DNA from: Vicugna vicugna
Taxonomy: Eukaryota
Assembly: GCA_013265495.1 (NCBI GenBank)
Contig: MU058844.1
Span: forward strand, 7,253,260 to 7,317,259
Direction: 5' to 3'
Length of the DNA: 64,000 nt
The position numbers and the translations under genes were made by a program. Below are positions 27,165 to 39,130 of this stretch, one piece after another. Numbering within the stretch: position 1 is the first letter of the stretch; the number at the start of each line of letters is the position of its first letter. Below the pieces are notes generated by a model. It did not search any database and had not been told where the DNA came from. It saw only the letters and a program-made list of their open reading frames with translations.

Positions 27165-27575
27165 TTTGTTGTTTTTTTTTAAATAGATTTTTATTGAAGT
27201 ATAGTCAGTTTACAAGGTTGTGTCAATTTCTGGTGTACAGAACAATACTTTAGTCATATAGGAACATACATGTATTTATTTTCATATTCTCTTTTACCAT
27301 AAGTTACTACAAGATATTGAATATAGTTCATTGTGCTATACAGTATAAACTTGTAGTTTATCTGTTTTATATGTAGTAGTGTGCAAATCTCAAACTCCCA
27401 ATTTATCCCTTCCCACCCCCTCCCCCCCTTGGTAATCACAAATTTGTTTTTTATGTCTGTGAGTCCATTTCTGTTTTGTAAATAAGTTTGTCATATGGTA
27501 TTTTTCTTTCTCTTTCTGGCTTTCTTCACTTAGAATGACATTCTTCAGGTCCATCCATGTTGATGTAATGGCATT
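27165..27575 (-). mobile_element. Younger 5'-truncated L1 3' end
   Basis: ttttattgaagtatagtcagtttacaa...ctcaaactcccaatttatccct...tcacttagaatgacattcttcaggtccatccatg; homologous to 461-870. Confidence 0.9.
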
Positions 27576-27703
27576 AGATAACCTAAATGAAATGAACAAA
27601 TTCCTAGAAATACAAAAGCTACCAAGACTAAATCACAAAACAGAAAATATTAATAGACATCTAACTAGTAAAGAGTTCAAATGAGTAATCAAAAACATTT
27701 GAC
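27575..27703 (+). mobile_element. Inverted L1 ORF2 fragment
   Basis: ttagataacctaaatgaaatgaacaaattcctagaa reads LDNLNEMNKFLEIQKLPRLN and later VIKN, the ORF2 segment just upstream of SPGPDGF. Confidence 0.8.
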
Positions 27704-28242
27704 CATCATCTGCCTGTAAAGATGCCAGCTTCCAGTCTAGCAGAAGATACTGATTACTTTCCCCAACCCGAGTGCTACCATTTTACTACTTGGTTCATGA
27801 TTTCAGTTTTAGAGATGAGTGGGAGTTGTCAAGCTGCAGTCAAAGAGCACATTTGCTTAAAGTATGTGCAAGAATGTAGTATGAAGTCAGAGGCACTGCA
27901 GTATTTTTCCCATTCCACGGGCTTATATAGCTCCTCTGTCTAAAGCACAAAGGCATAACAGTACCCAGTGTTACCATCTACACTAGTGACACTCCTAAGA
28001 GGTTGGAAATGCTTGCATTTTTCATTCTATGGATAGTTAGACAGTTATGGCCCTACACCAGACAGTCTAGAAATCAGCTGGCATTATTTTATGTAGTTTT
28101 AAATGATCAATCTTGCATCTATGAGGAGTTTGGAATGGAGTGGTATAGAGGAGGAATTAAAAAGAGTGTTGTGATTATTCTGTCTGTACACACGTGCGCA
28201 AATGGTGACCTGACTGGTCTGGAAAAGGAAACACCCTATGGT

Positions 28243-28420
28243 TGATGGTTAGGAACTCTCAGACACTGAAATAGAATTGCCTAAGTTCAGATCTTAGCTA
28301 TATTCCTTATGAGCTATATAATGATGAGCAATACGAGTAAACTCTCTGTGCATCATTTTCATCATCTGTAAGTGAAGAAAATAATGCCATTCCATTTGGC
28401 TGAATACTAATTATTAAATT
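28243..28420 (+). mobile_element. MIR
   Basis: gatggttaggaactctc head; actctctgtgcatcattttcatcatctgtaagtgaagaaaataat core. Confidence 0.75.
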
Positions 28421-28424
28421 TAAA

Positions 28425-28575
28425 ATATATATACATATATAATATATATATACACGTATATATACATATAATGATTGAGATAGGAAGCAGTCAATAAATT
28501 TGTAAATATTTATGAACTTCCAAATATGTGTTTATATGTCTGAGTTTGTGTGTGTGTATGTGTATGTGTGTGGTG
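28425..28575. repeat. (TA)n and (TG)n microsatellite patches
   Basis: atatatatacatatataatatatatatacac; tgtgtgtgtgtatgtgtatgtgtg. Confidence 0.8.
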
Positions 28576-28589
28576 GTAGTAGCAGTATA

Positions 28590-28760
28590 GTAGTCACAGG
28601 AGAAAGAAGTTAATGGATCTTAGATACACTTTAGAATTAAAATTGTCAGGAATTCTTAAAAGATCAAACATATGGCATAAGGAAGAACCCAAGAATGTCC
28701 CCTAGTTTTCGAGCTTGTACAACTGATGGTATTATTACTTAAGATGGGAAAGCAAGGAAA
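28590..28760 (-). mobile_element. L2 fragment
   Basis: aagaacccaagaatgtcccctagttttcgagcttgtacaactgatgg...taagatgggaaag. Confidence 0.6.
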
Positions 28761-29201
28761 AAGGTACAGTGATGGGATCCAACAAGGAGAAGTAAACAGA
28801 AGCCATGTTTGCCTGTCTCCAAAATCCATGCTTTAAGCAAATTCCTATTATCTTTCTTTTCTATTTGCTATGAAAAGAGCTCACTCTTCTTTGTAGTCTC
28901 CTTCCACGATAAGCTGTAAGTGCCAAGGAGACAGGAAGTCACTTTGTATAATGCATCCCTACCTCCAGGACATATCAAATAGACATAAAATGTGAATGAA
29001 ATGAGTGTTAATTATGCAAGCATAGCTTCAAAATAAATTCCCTAGCTCCCTCTTCAATACGTGTAGAAGTTCTTTATCATTTCTTAGAAAATTTGCATCT
29101 AGCATTCTTAAAAGAATAACAGACTCACAGAGAAAATTTACTGGAGTCAGGATAACAGGCCATACAAAGAAATCATTATCTTTAGGATCCATCAAGAATT
29201 A

Positions 29202-29284
29202 TATCTGGTGAATCATATGAAATTGCAAATATTTAATCCTTTGGAGCCTCAAGAATATGTGGTCTCATATGGTTTAACCAAATA
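29202..29284. mobile_element. MADE2-like mariner MITE (~83 bp)
   Basis: Degenerate TIRs tatctggtgaatcatatgaaattgc ... gtggtctcatatggtttaaccaaata with TA ends; length fits MADE2. Confidence 0.7.
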
Positions 29285-30279
29285 GTAAGTCTGACAGAAG
29301 CTCAAGTGATGTTTCTGAGAATTCTAATGGCTATCGTCTTATAAACAAGTCTTTTCTCCACCCCGCCGTAATATTACTCAGCAAATCTCTTTGACTCTAT
29401 TTTTTGTATATATTTCATCTGCTGCTCCCTTTACAAACTAAAAAAATCTCAACATATATTTTTATACGATTTCCCAAAAAAGAGAATTTAACTGATGTAT
29501 CCATATACCATTGCCACTTCGGGGCAGAGACTAGTCACCAGATAAGAAATTTGTTGAATTTCAAATTATATTAAAATCCATTTAGAGCTGATAATTGATA
29601 TTAGGTATTTCAACTCAATATTCTATAGATATCAAAGACAGATGATTTTTGTTTGTTGGTCTAATTACACAGACAATAAGCTTTATATTTATGCATAGTA
29701 TTTTTCCTATAAATAATTTCACATTTTTACTTTTTCTACCATCTATATTCTGTAATAACTATGCTATAATTAATCAACACTTTATTAGTGCAACACAAAC
29801 AAGACCTTGATTGCAGAATCAAAATTTACTAAAATATCAGCTGATTTATTAGCAAAATTTTTAGTGGAGATTTATTAGGCAAAACAATATATATTTTGCA
29901 TTGAAATTTAAAGAGATTACATGTGTGTGCATGAGTCATTATATTCTATCTTTTTATCATTAATATGTTACATTGTAATGTCTACTTTTTACTTTCTCTA
30001 GGTTAATATTAACTTGAAGGAGTACTTTGTAACTATGTACTTCTGAATTTTCTGAGACTATGTGAATGGAGATGATATGAATGCTGGGAGATACTGATTT
30101 ACCCTTTTATATTGCTCTCCTGTGTGATGTGAGGGCCTGCTCAATATGCTATAATACAGTAAAGATCAAAAATGAATCTGCAAGATAAGTAAGCCCCATT
30201 CAATTTAACATGGTGCAGGGAAGTACAAGTTTTTCAAGAATCCTGGGAGCTAGATTGACATCCCTAAGAACCCCAGGAA

Positions 30280-30420
30280 CTCTAAGCATCTGTCTCCTAA
30301 ACTGTGAAAAGGAGATATGGATTCTTGCCACATCTAATTCATAGTGTTGTTGTGGTGACAAAAATGAGGTGATGATGAAAGAATACCATTAATATGTCAT
30401 AAAGAAAATGTACATGAATA
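30280..30420 (+). mobile_element. MIR core fragment
   Basis: ctctaagcatctgtctcctaaactgtgaaaaggagat...catagtgttgttgtgg. Confidence 0.6.
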
Positions 30421-32259
30421 TTTATTACGTATAGATGAGGAAAGTTAGATTTTAAAAGACTAAATTTCTAATTAATTATAGACCATCTTTAAAAAGTCTA
30501 TGCATTTTTTTCTTTGAAATTTTATGGAGAATGATATAAACTTGAGAACAATTGTTAGAGTAATGTCTCCTGCATTTAAGAAATTTTTTAGCATAAATTA
30601 TTCCTGTAGCAATTTAGTTCAATTCTCTGATCTTGCTCTGGTGCAAGAAGAGAACAATGGTTCATCTATACCTGTAGCAGATCATTCATATCATTGCATA
30701 GTACACTATTAGAGCCTTTCATTAGCTGTGTTTTATCCAAGTCATGCAAACATAATTCTTTAGGGTTTACATGTTATCCTGATTTTCTAGCTGTTTAGTC
30801 ATCTCTTTTCCTTTCTAGTGTACTGTCTTCCATTTTTTTTTTATTTCTATTAAGTTTGAGATACTGAATGCAGAAACACTATTCAAATAACCAGGCCAAT
30901 GGTAATTGTGATATCGTCACATTCTCAGGGTAATATTCATTTTGAATATTTGAGACTCATGCTTGATTTTAACTTTAATTGATATCCGTTTATTTTTTCA
31001 AATAAATTATGGTCATCTACCACAATCCACTCCTCCAAAGTGGGAAAATATATGTAAGCCTAATATTGATGTATTTACATAATATCATTTTCTTATATTG
31101 CTTTGCTATGTAAGACCTTATTATTTTGCCCTCAACTTAGCTTCCTTTTGAGGTTGCAATTATTGGTTAGTGATACTATAAAAGGCCTCAGGTTTATTAT
31201 TCACTTATGGTACATAAATAGTATAAAATGTAGACTGAAATAGAAATGCATTTGTATCAGTGATACTAACTAAACTTTTAATGAAAAAATTAACACCATG
31301 ATTATTGGTTTTAGCAAAACCCAAACATCTTAGTTTATTTCTAGGGAAGAAAATGGTTAGTGGGGCCTTCGTGTTTATCTTTGAGTCTTCACTGGACCTT
31401 TCTTCTTTGGCTACAAGGCTATTCACACACATGGTAGTTTGTAGATAATGAGTTACGTCTGCAAGCAGTGAATTCTAATATATAACCTATTCCATAAGGA
31501 AGGCAAACATTCTTTTTTAAGTAATAAAAAACAATAATAAACATACAGTATTTAATATATTCATAATGTATTACACAATAATAACCCAACAGACAGCCTC
31601 AGCCAATTCATATAGACCTGTCTTTCACTTCACAGTTTAAAAGCAGATTTTATGTTTTAGAAAAATAAATTAAGTAACAAACTTTTCAATAATACTTCAA
31701 AGAGCTTTCACTCCAATAATAAAATTCCTATATAATTATCTAGAAGAGCTTTTATTAGTTCTGTTCTATAAAGTTTAGCAGGATAGTAAAGATGTCTGAA
31801 TCAAAGAATTTTTGTTAGAGAATTAAGTGAAATTTTTATAACTAATATGATTATAAAATTTCTACAAGAACCATGATAAGGACAAGTTTCTAGGAAAAGA
31901 AAACGAAACTGCCAAAGCAGGAAACTATATAAAATAGTAAAAATAAGTAACATATGTGCTATGGAAATACTTTCATTGTCGTAAGTATTGTTTCTATGCT
32001 GTTGGACCTAATATTTATTTTTAGACTTTTCAGTTTTAAGTAGCACAGTTTAGAAAAAATTAGCACCATCTCCTGTCAGAAAGTTATAGTAATATTAAGA
32101 GACATCTGTAACCTCAAAGCACAATATATAAGGAAAACTGGTCAAATGCAGTGAATGTTAAGTGAAGGTATGGAAAGTAAGTATGAAGTGAAAAGGTTGA
32201 ATTTCACCTGAGCCCTAAGAACAGCAATGGTTAATAGATCCCACATATACTTTCTTGTC

Positions 32260-32720
32260 CTAGAAAATGGCCTACCACAAAGAACCATCTTTCCCCATGT
32301 GATTTACTTAGACTTGCTGTCCACTCTTTTTCATGACCCCTGTAAGACTTGCACAAAACACCTTTGTTTACCCATGACAAAGCTAAACACAGATCTTTAG
32401 CATTTTGCCTGAACATAACAAGCCCAGACACAAACACTGCAATTTCCCATTCTTTGTCTCATGAATGATTAGCTGAACTGTTTGTCCCTCTGAACTAGCT
32501 AGACATGGAGATAAATATTTCCTGTTTTTCTGGCTGACTAGGATCCCCTGATTGCAAAATCAATCCCATAGGAAATTGTTCCAACTGTAACTTGTCTATA
32601 GCTCTTTTTAAAGAATAAGGTAATGTCATTCTGCCAAGACACTCTCATCTTCGTATCTGGGGTGTTCTCTCTATTGCAATAGCCTGAATAAAATCAAGTT
32701 TCTTTTTCTGTTTTAGCCAT
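32260..32720 (+). mobile_element. ERV1-type solo LTR (MER34/MER39-like, subfamily uncertain)
   Basis: LTR-like 3' end ctctctattgcaatagcctgaataaaatc; cccattctttgtctcatgaatgattagctgaac. Confidence 0.5.
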
Positions 32721-32784
32721 TGAAAGAGCAAACATTAAAAGGTGTATACCGTATAAAGAAAAGACAGAGCCATTTCTCTACCTG

Positions 32785-33060
32785 GCAGTTAAGAACATAG
32801 ACTCTTTAGCCATAACATCTGAACTAGAAATTCCACCTCTAATAATTAAAAACTTTTTGAATTTCAACTTTTACCTAAAATTTTTATCTGAGTAACCTCA
32901 ATTTAAAATAAATATCTGTGTATGGCTTAATTCATAGTGTCATTGAGAAAATTAAATGAGTTACTATATATCTGTATAAACATATTACTTAGAACTGTAC
33001 AAGTTACATAGTAAGGATTATTGGAAACTTAGATACTATTAATGTTTTTGAAGTTAGCTA
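32785..33060 (+). mobile_element. MIR
   Basis: ggcagttaagaacatagactcttt head; catagtgtcattgagaaaattaaatgagtta; ttacttagaactgtac. Confidence 0.65.
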
Positions 33061-33529
33061 TTGTTATTATTATTGATTTTATTAATTTTTTTTCTCAAGA
33101 AAGTTACTTGAGAGACCTAAGGAGATAAAACTTAAGGAAATAAACTAAACTCAGTTTGGAAAAAAAAAAAAGGAACAAAATTGTGTGTGCTAGAAGGCGG
33201 AGCATCCCTAGATTCAGTTTGGGGTAAATGTGTGAATCTAAATTAGGAATCATTCAGAAAATCAATTTATGTGAGATGTAATTGGTAATCAAGATAGACT
33301 AGAGGAAAGATTCTATAATTGTGAGTATGGATCTCAGTTATAAGGACTAGGAGCTAACTTACATATATACACAGTTATAAACATTTTTAAAAAGTAATTC
33401 CTGCTTCCTGAATTCAAAGAAGAATGTGGAACACCTCTGTATGAACCTCATAAGAAGAGCTGGTCCAAGAATACTTAATCTGATAAAAGCATGAGCAATA
33501 ATTAAGTCAAGACAAATACAATACTCATT

Positions 33530-34680
33530 TATGTATCTATTTATTCATTCAACCAATATTTCATGCAAATCCATTTTTGCCAGATTTTCTGACACAACAG
33601 TAAAAAAGAGATAATGTGCCTGTTCTCAAGGAATTTTCATTTTACTGAGAGAAATGGGTAATAAACAGCAATATTTAGTAATAAACAATAAACTTTATAA
33701 ATGAGTAACTTTTATATTATGGTAGATAATGATTAAGACTGGAAAAGAGAAAAAGTGAAACAAAAGGAAGGGAATCAGAAACGCTGAGTAGCAGAAATGA
33801 GAGATACTCAGAGTATAATATTAAATCGAATTATCTGGGTAATCTTTGAAAAGATGAGATTTAGACAAAGATTTGCAGATTGTGAGGCAATTATCTAAAT
33901 GGATATGTTGGGAAAGAACATACCAGACAGAGAACTGTTGGAGCAAAAACCCTAAAAACAAAAATGTGTCTGATATATTATGGAAGAATAAGGACACTGG
34001 AGTGACTGGAACAGAAAGAGAAATGGCAAGAGTGTGTAAACACAGAAATCTGAGAGAGAATGGAGCCAGGTTATATAGGATCTGGTAGACTCTGGGGAAG
34101 ATTTTTTTTACTCTGAAATAAATTAGATATTACAGGATTTAGAACAGAAGGGTGACATAATCTAACTTATGTTTTAACAGGATTACTATTTCTGCTTTTT
34201 TTTTTTTAAACATAAAGTGGAATATACTGCAGGGACAATAGAAAAAGGAAAGTCTGTTAAGAAGCCATGAAAGTGAAGGATGATGGTGGCCTAGTACCAC
34301 CTAGAGTGGTAACAATTCAGTGGTGAGATGTGTTCAGACTCTGGATGCTGAAGTTGAAGACAAAAAAGTTTCTTGATAGATTGGATGTGCACTATGAGAG
34401 AAAGAGGGGAGTACAAGGATAACTCCAAGATGATTGACCTGAGAAACTGGGAGAGTGGAGTTACTACTGATTAAGAATAGATTTGGGAAGAAAGATCAAG
34501 AGTTCAGTCTGGGCATGTTGAGATTTAGATGTTCAGAGGTTATCGAAGATAAGTTTGTGTAAGCATTTTTTTAATTGGAGTTGGACTCTGGGGAAAGGTC
34601 TTTTTATAGAAATATAAATTTTAAAGTGTCATTTAAGTTGTATTTAATAAGTGGAATTGAATGCAATAACCAAGAGTTGT
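33530..34680 (-). mobile_element. L2 (3' ~1.1 kb)
   Basis: ttattcattcaaccaatattt tail; ggatgatggtggcctag, caaggataactccaagatgattgacctgagaaactgg, gagttcagtctgggcatgttgag. Confidence 0.85.
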
Positions 34681-34689
34681 AAAAAGAGC

Positions 34690-35955
34690 TGGTTCAAATG
34701 TACAAAATGTCCACACTGAAAACCAAAAAAACAAAAACAAAAACAAAACAGCTAAGATACATTTTCTTAAATCTAAAAAGAAACACATGTATACCATGTT
34801 CATGAATTAGAAGACTCAATATTGTTATGATGTTTTAAATATCTCCTCAAATTGAAATATAGACTAAATATAATGCCAATTGAAATTACATATTATCTTT
34901 AAAGAAATTGATAAGCTGATTATAACATTAATATATGAGTACAAAGAACGTAAACTAGTCAAACAATCTTGAAAAAGGTAAACAAAGTTATAATACTTTC
35001 AATACTTGATATCACAACTTATTCTGAAGTCAGAGTATCATCATGACTATATGATATTGGCATAAAGAGAGACATACTGATCAGTATCACAGAACAAGTT
35101 CAGAAATAGTCTCACATGGTTAATTGATTTAAAAAAACAAAACAAAACATTGCCAAAGCAATTCAATGGAAAACACAAATCTCAGGAAATATTTCAGGGT
35201 TAAAGAACCACATAGATAATCAAACTGAAAAATTACTCAGAGATGAATCATAGTCTTAAAATTAAAATCTTGAGAAAACATGAAAATATTATCATGACTT
35301 ATGGGTAAAGAAAAATAGTCCACATAAAACAATAACCATAAGAGAAGACATATTGAGTAGTACATCATCAAAAATTAGAAACATGTGCTCATCACATGAA
35401 AGCAAAAGGAGGTGGATAACCTAACTGCACACTGGGAGAAACTCTTTCAATACATCTATCTGACAAATGACTTTGTTCAAAATATAAAGAATTCTTACAA
35501 CTCAGTAATAGAAAGATAAAATGAACAAAAGACTTACACAGACATTTCAGTAATGATGAAAACACATGCAAAAGTGCTCAAATTAATAATAATCAGGGAA
35601 ATGCCAATCAAAGTTATCAAGAAACATCATTTTTATACTCACAAAAGTTACTAAAATTAAAAATGCTAATAACATCAACTGTCGGTGAGGATGTGGAGCA
35701 ACTGATAATTTTACGTATTACTGTGTCAGTATAAAATCATACAAGCACGCTGACAAACTATATGAAAGTTTCTTGTAACATTAATCATACACCTAAGTCC
35801 CAACAATTCTACTTCTAGGTATTAACCCAGTTATTTATCCAAGAGATAGGAAGTTGAATGTCCATAAAAAGACTTGCACAAAAATGTTCATAGCAGTTTT
35901 ATTCATAATAGCTGCAAATGGGAAACAACTCAACTATTAATCATGAGGAGAATAG
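34690..35955 (+). mobile_element. Old L1 ORF2 3' half
   Basis: ccatgttcatgaattagaagactcaatattgtta, ggtgaggatgtggagcaact, cccaacaattctacttctaggtat, aatgttcatagcagttttattcataatagc. Confidence 0.9.
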
Positions 35956-36979
35956 TTAAAAGAGAAAATTCCTTGAAATTAAAATATTATTACTAAAAAT
36001 TTAGGGTATCAGTGAAATAAAAGAGTTGGGGAATTAGTGAATAACTTAAAAGCACAATTCAAATAGGAAAATGTTAGAAAACATAAAAGGCAAAGAGAAT
36101 TAATCTAAAAGATCCAAGATCCAAGTAGAATGAATATAAGAGATTGGAAAATAGGATATTATCAATGGAATAATATAAGAACAAATTTTAGAGCTGAATT
36201 GAGACATGGGTCTTCTTTAATAGGTCTAGAGAGTATGAGAAGAATAAATAAAATACCAAATGACTCTTATGTTATATACCATAACTTTAGGCTGTTAAAT
36301 ATTGGATATTCTCTCCTTATAGAAAAAAAATCAGAGATGGAGGCATTTATTCTTATTATGCAATCACTTTTAGTACTACTTAAAATCTAATATTGTTTTG
36401 GAATATATTCTTTTAAATAAAGGTGACCATTAGGAAATATTATCCCTGATCAATTAATACGTTATGAGCATGTACATATATATGTAATGATTTACCTTTC
36501 TTTCTGGCTAAATTTAAAAAAAATAGTGACACCATCAAATGTTGGTGAGATGTCATGGACTTAAGGACTTAAGCCCTGTAATGTAGAACAAAATGACCTT
36601 CAAAGACAAGAGACAAGGCCAATTCTTTTTCACAGCTTGGGTGGTCTGAGGTTTAAAGACTTGATCTTTACTTCCTGATGGGGAAACAAGCAGGAGGAAA
36701 ATAGAAAACCAGCTCTAATAAGCACCTTCATGTGCACATTCACATACATGCACACACATGTGCACACACACACCAATAGTGGGGGATAATTCTGATACTG
36801 TGAAGAATTTCTTAACATTTTATTCTAAATTAAAAGGGAGTCACTTATTAGTAGTGTTATACTATGAAGTATTACTTTATGAAATACAGAAAGTGTGTTT
36901 TTGTGTATTTGAAATGATTCATCAATCTTCAAAACAATAGTGTGAGAACTTCTTTTGCATACTCAAGATTAAATGTAGT

Positions 36980-37205
36980 AGTAGAAGCATGTGATTTGTA
37001 GTAAAATTCTCGTCAGATTCACACGAGCTAGAACCCTGGGTTACCACTTAGAAACTACCCATGCTCTTGGGATCTGAGAGCCTCAATGAAAATGAACCTC
37101 TCATTTAAATGAAAAAAATAATGTATACCTTATAAATTTAATATAAATTTGAATACATGTAAAATATCCAATATGTAGCCTTAAACATTGTAGGTGCTTA
37201 ATTTG
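36980..37205 (+). mobile_element. MIR
   Basis: ccctgggttaccacttag; ttgtaggtgcttaa tail. Confidence 0.5.
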
Positions 37206-37494
37206 GAATCATTTTGCTGAATCCTTCCCTTGCTTCCCAGTTCTCCTACAATAAAATCTAATGCCTTAAATATGTATCACCAGACTCTTCATCATCAACA
37301 ACTACCTCATCCCTCCAACTTAGCATATGATTTCAGCAATATTCCAGCACTTACAGTTTTCTTAAATGTGGCATTCTGTCATCCACTTCTCATACTTTGC
37401 ATGTGTCTTTTCTTGCATTTGTCACTCTACTCTTCAATGCACATATGTTTCAGCTTTCAACTTCTCAGCTGCATCTTATTTATTTTTGTTTGTT

Positions 37495-39130
37495 GATACA
37501 TTCATTCATAACACAGTAACTGTTACTATTTTCCAGGCACTGCATTTAACTCTCAGAATACAGTAGTAAAATAAGATTGGCCCTCAAGGGGCTTACAATT
37601 GAGTGGGTGAAGATACAGATATATGCCCATGCACACGCACACACACGCGCACACACACACTCAAATACATAACACATGGAGGCAAGTAATGTAAAACCTG
37701 TTGGTGATGAAAGGTATGATCAAACAGAACCACAGGCTGTAAGGCAGTATGGATTTAATGGTGTGAAATAAGGCTGTGAATGGGAGGAAATGAAGTCACA
37801 GACAAGGAATATTTAGTATACCACCCAGTAAGACACAGTGAGAAATTCAGATTTTATGTTAGGAAGACTGGAGGATTTGGAAAATGATAGAAGCATAATC
37901 TGATTGGCATTTAACAAGTATCGTCATATTTTATAGGATAGCAAGGAAGGAATAAAGAGACCAAGTGGTCAAGGTGAGAGAAGATAATGGCTTTTGTTAA
38001 TGTCATAGAGGTGGAACTTGGGTTAAGAGATTCTTAATGAGATATTTTGAAGAAAAAAAAATGACTCCAACTTCCTAATTAGATTTAGACGTGAGAGACA
38101 GAGTACAAGATTGACATCTAAGCATGTTGGTGATTGGTTCTGCCATACACGCTAAGATGAGGAGGAGCAGAGAAAGAGATAGAAGAAAGTCCAAGATTCC
38201 TTTTTAACATATGTTAAATTTGAAACTCCTGGTCGTTTTTCAAGTGAAAATATGAGTTAGTGGAGTTTTAAAAAAAATTCCACAGCAGTTATCAGCATAT
38301 AGGTGGCATTTAAACCCATGGGACTAAGGATTATATAAAGAAGAGAAGGGAACAGAGGACTGAACCCTGGGTAGCTCAGTTCTTTTTGGCAAAAAATGAG
38401 AGGAAGAGCATATATGCAAAACAGAAGAAATGACCAAATAAGTAACAGGGAAACCAGGAGATTAAATAGTCCTGAACGTGTGCTGAAGAATTTTGGATTA
38501 CTTAGTGTACAAACTAAGGTAAGACAAAGATCTAAGCACACATTGGGTTAAACAGATTTTTTTTTTAATGTATTAGTCCAAGAATTCAAAGTCCAGGTTG
38601 GTAGGGCAGTTTTGTCACTTTCAGATTGACTTCCATCTCTGGGTCCATGTGTCTGCTCCTATTCTAATCATCTCCCAGCTGGAGGAAGAGAGAAGAATGG
38701 CAAAGGGAGTTTACTCCTATTTTGAAGCCATGACCCTAAAGAGGCATACGTCACTTCTGAACACAGTCTGATGGCAAATACTTGATTTCATGGTCCTGCC
38801 TAACTGCTGCAGAAGTTGGAAGTATAGTTTATAAAGAGATGGCAATATGTTCAGCTAAAACTTTATTACTACAGAAGAAGGAAACATAATAAATAGGGTA
38901 ATGATTAAGAGTTTCTTCCATACAGCTATAGTAAAGAAGGCAGTGATTGACTATATAGAAAGTTGAAATGAGGTCAAGAAATTTTGGAACAAGGGACTAA
39001 TTGTTGGATTTGTTAACATAGAGCTTACTAGTGGCATTGACTTATTTTCAGTGGAGTAGTAGGAACATAAGTCTGATTGCTGTGATTTGAAAAAAAACTG
39101 GGAGACTTAGGAGTAGAAACAGTAAATATG
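37495..39130 (-). mobile_element. L2 fragments (interrupted by (CA)n and an MLT1 LTR)
   Basis: ttcattcataacac...ccaggcactgc, ggccctcaaggggcttacaat, catataggtggcatttaaacccatgggact, tttcagtggagtagtagg. Confidence 0.8.
38568..38925 (-). mobile_element. MaLR LTR (MLT1J/K-like)
   Basis: gtcacttctgaacacagtctgatggcaaatacttgatttcatggtcctgcctaactgc...ggaagtatagttt. Confidence 0.65.

Noticed and set aside
30002..30188. Exon-like segment with pyrimidine tract plus AG and a GTAAGC donor
   Set aside because: Stops in all three frames and no supporting neighbours; such signals arise by chance in 64 kb. A non-coding exon cannot be excluded without RNA data.
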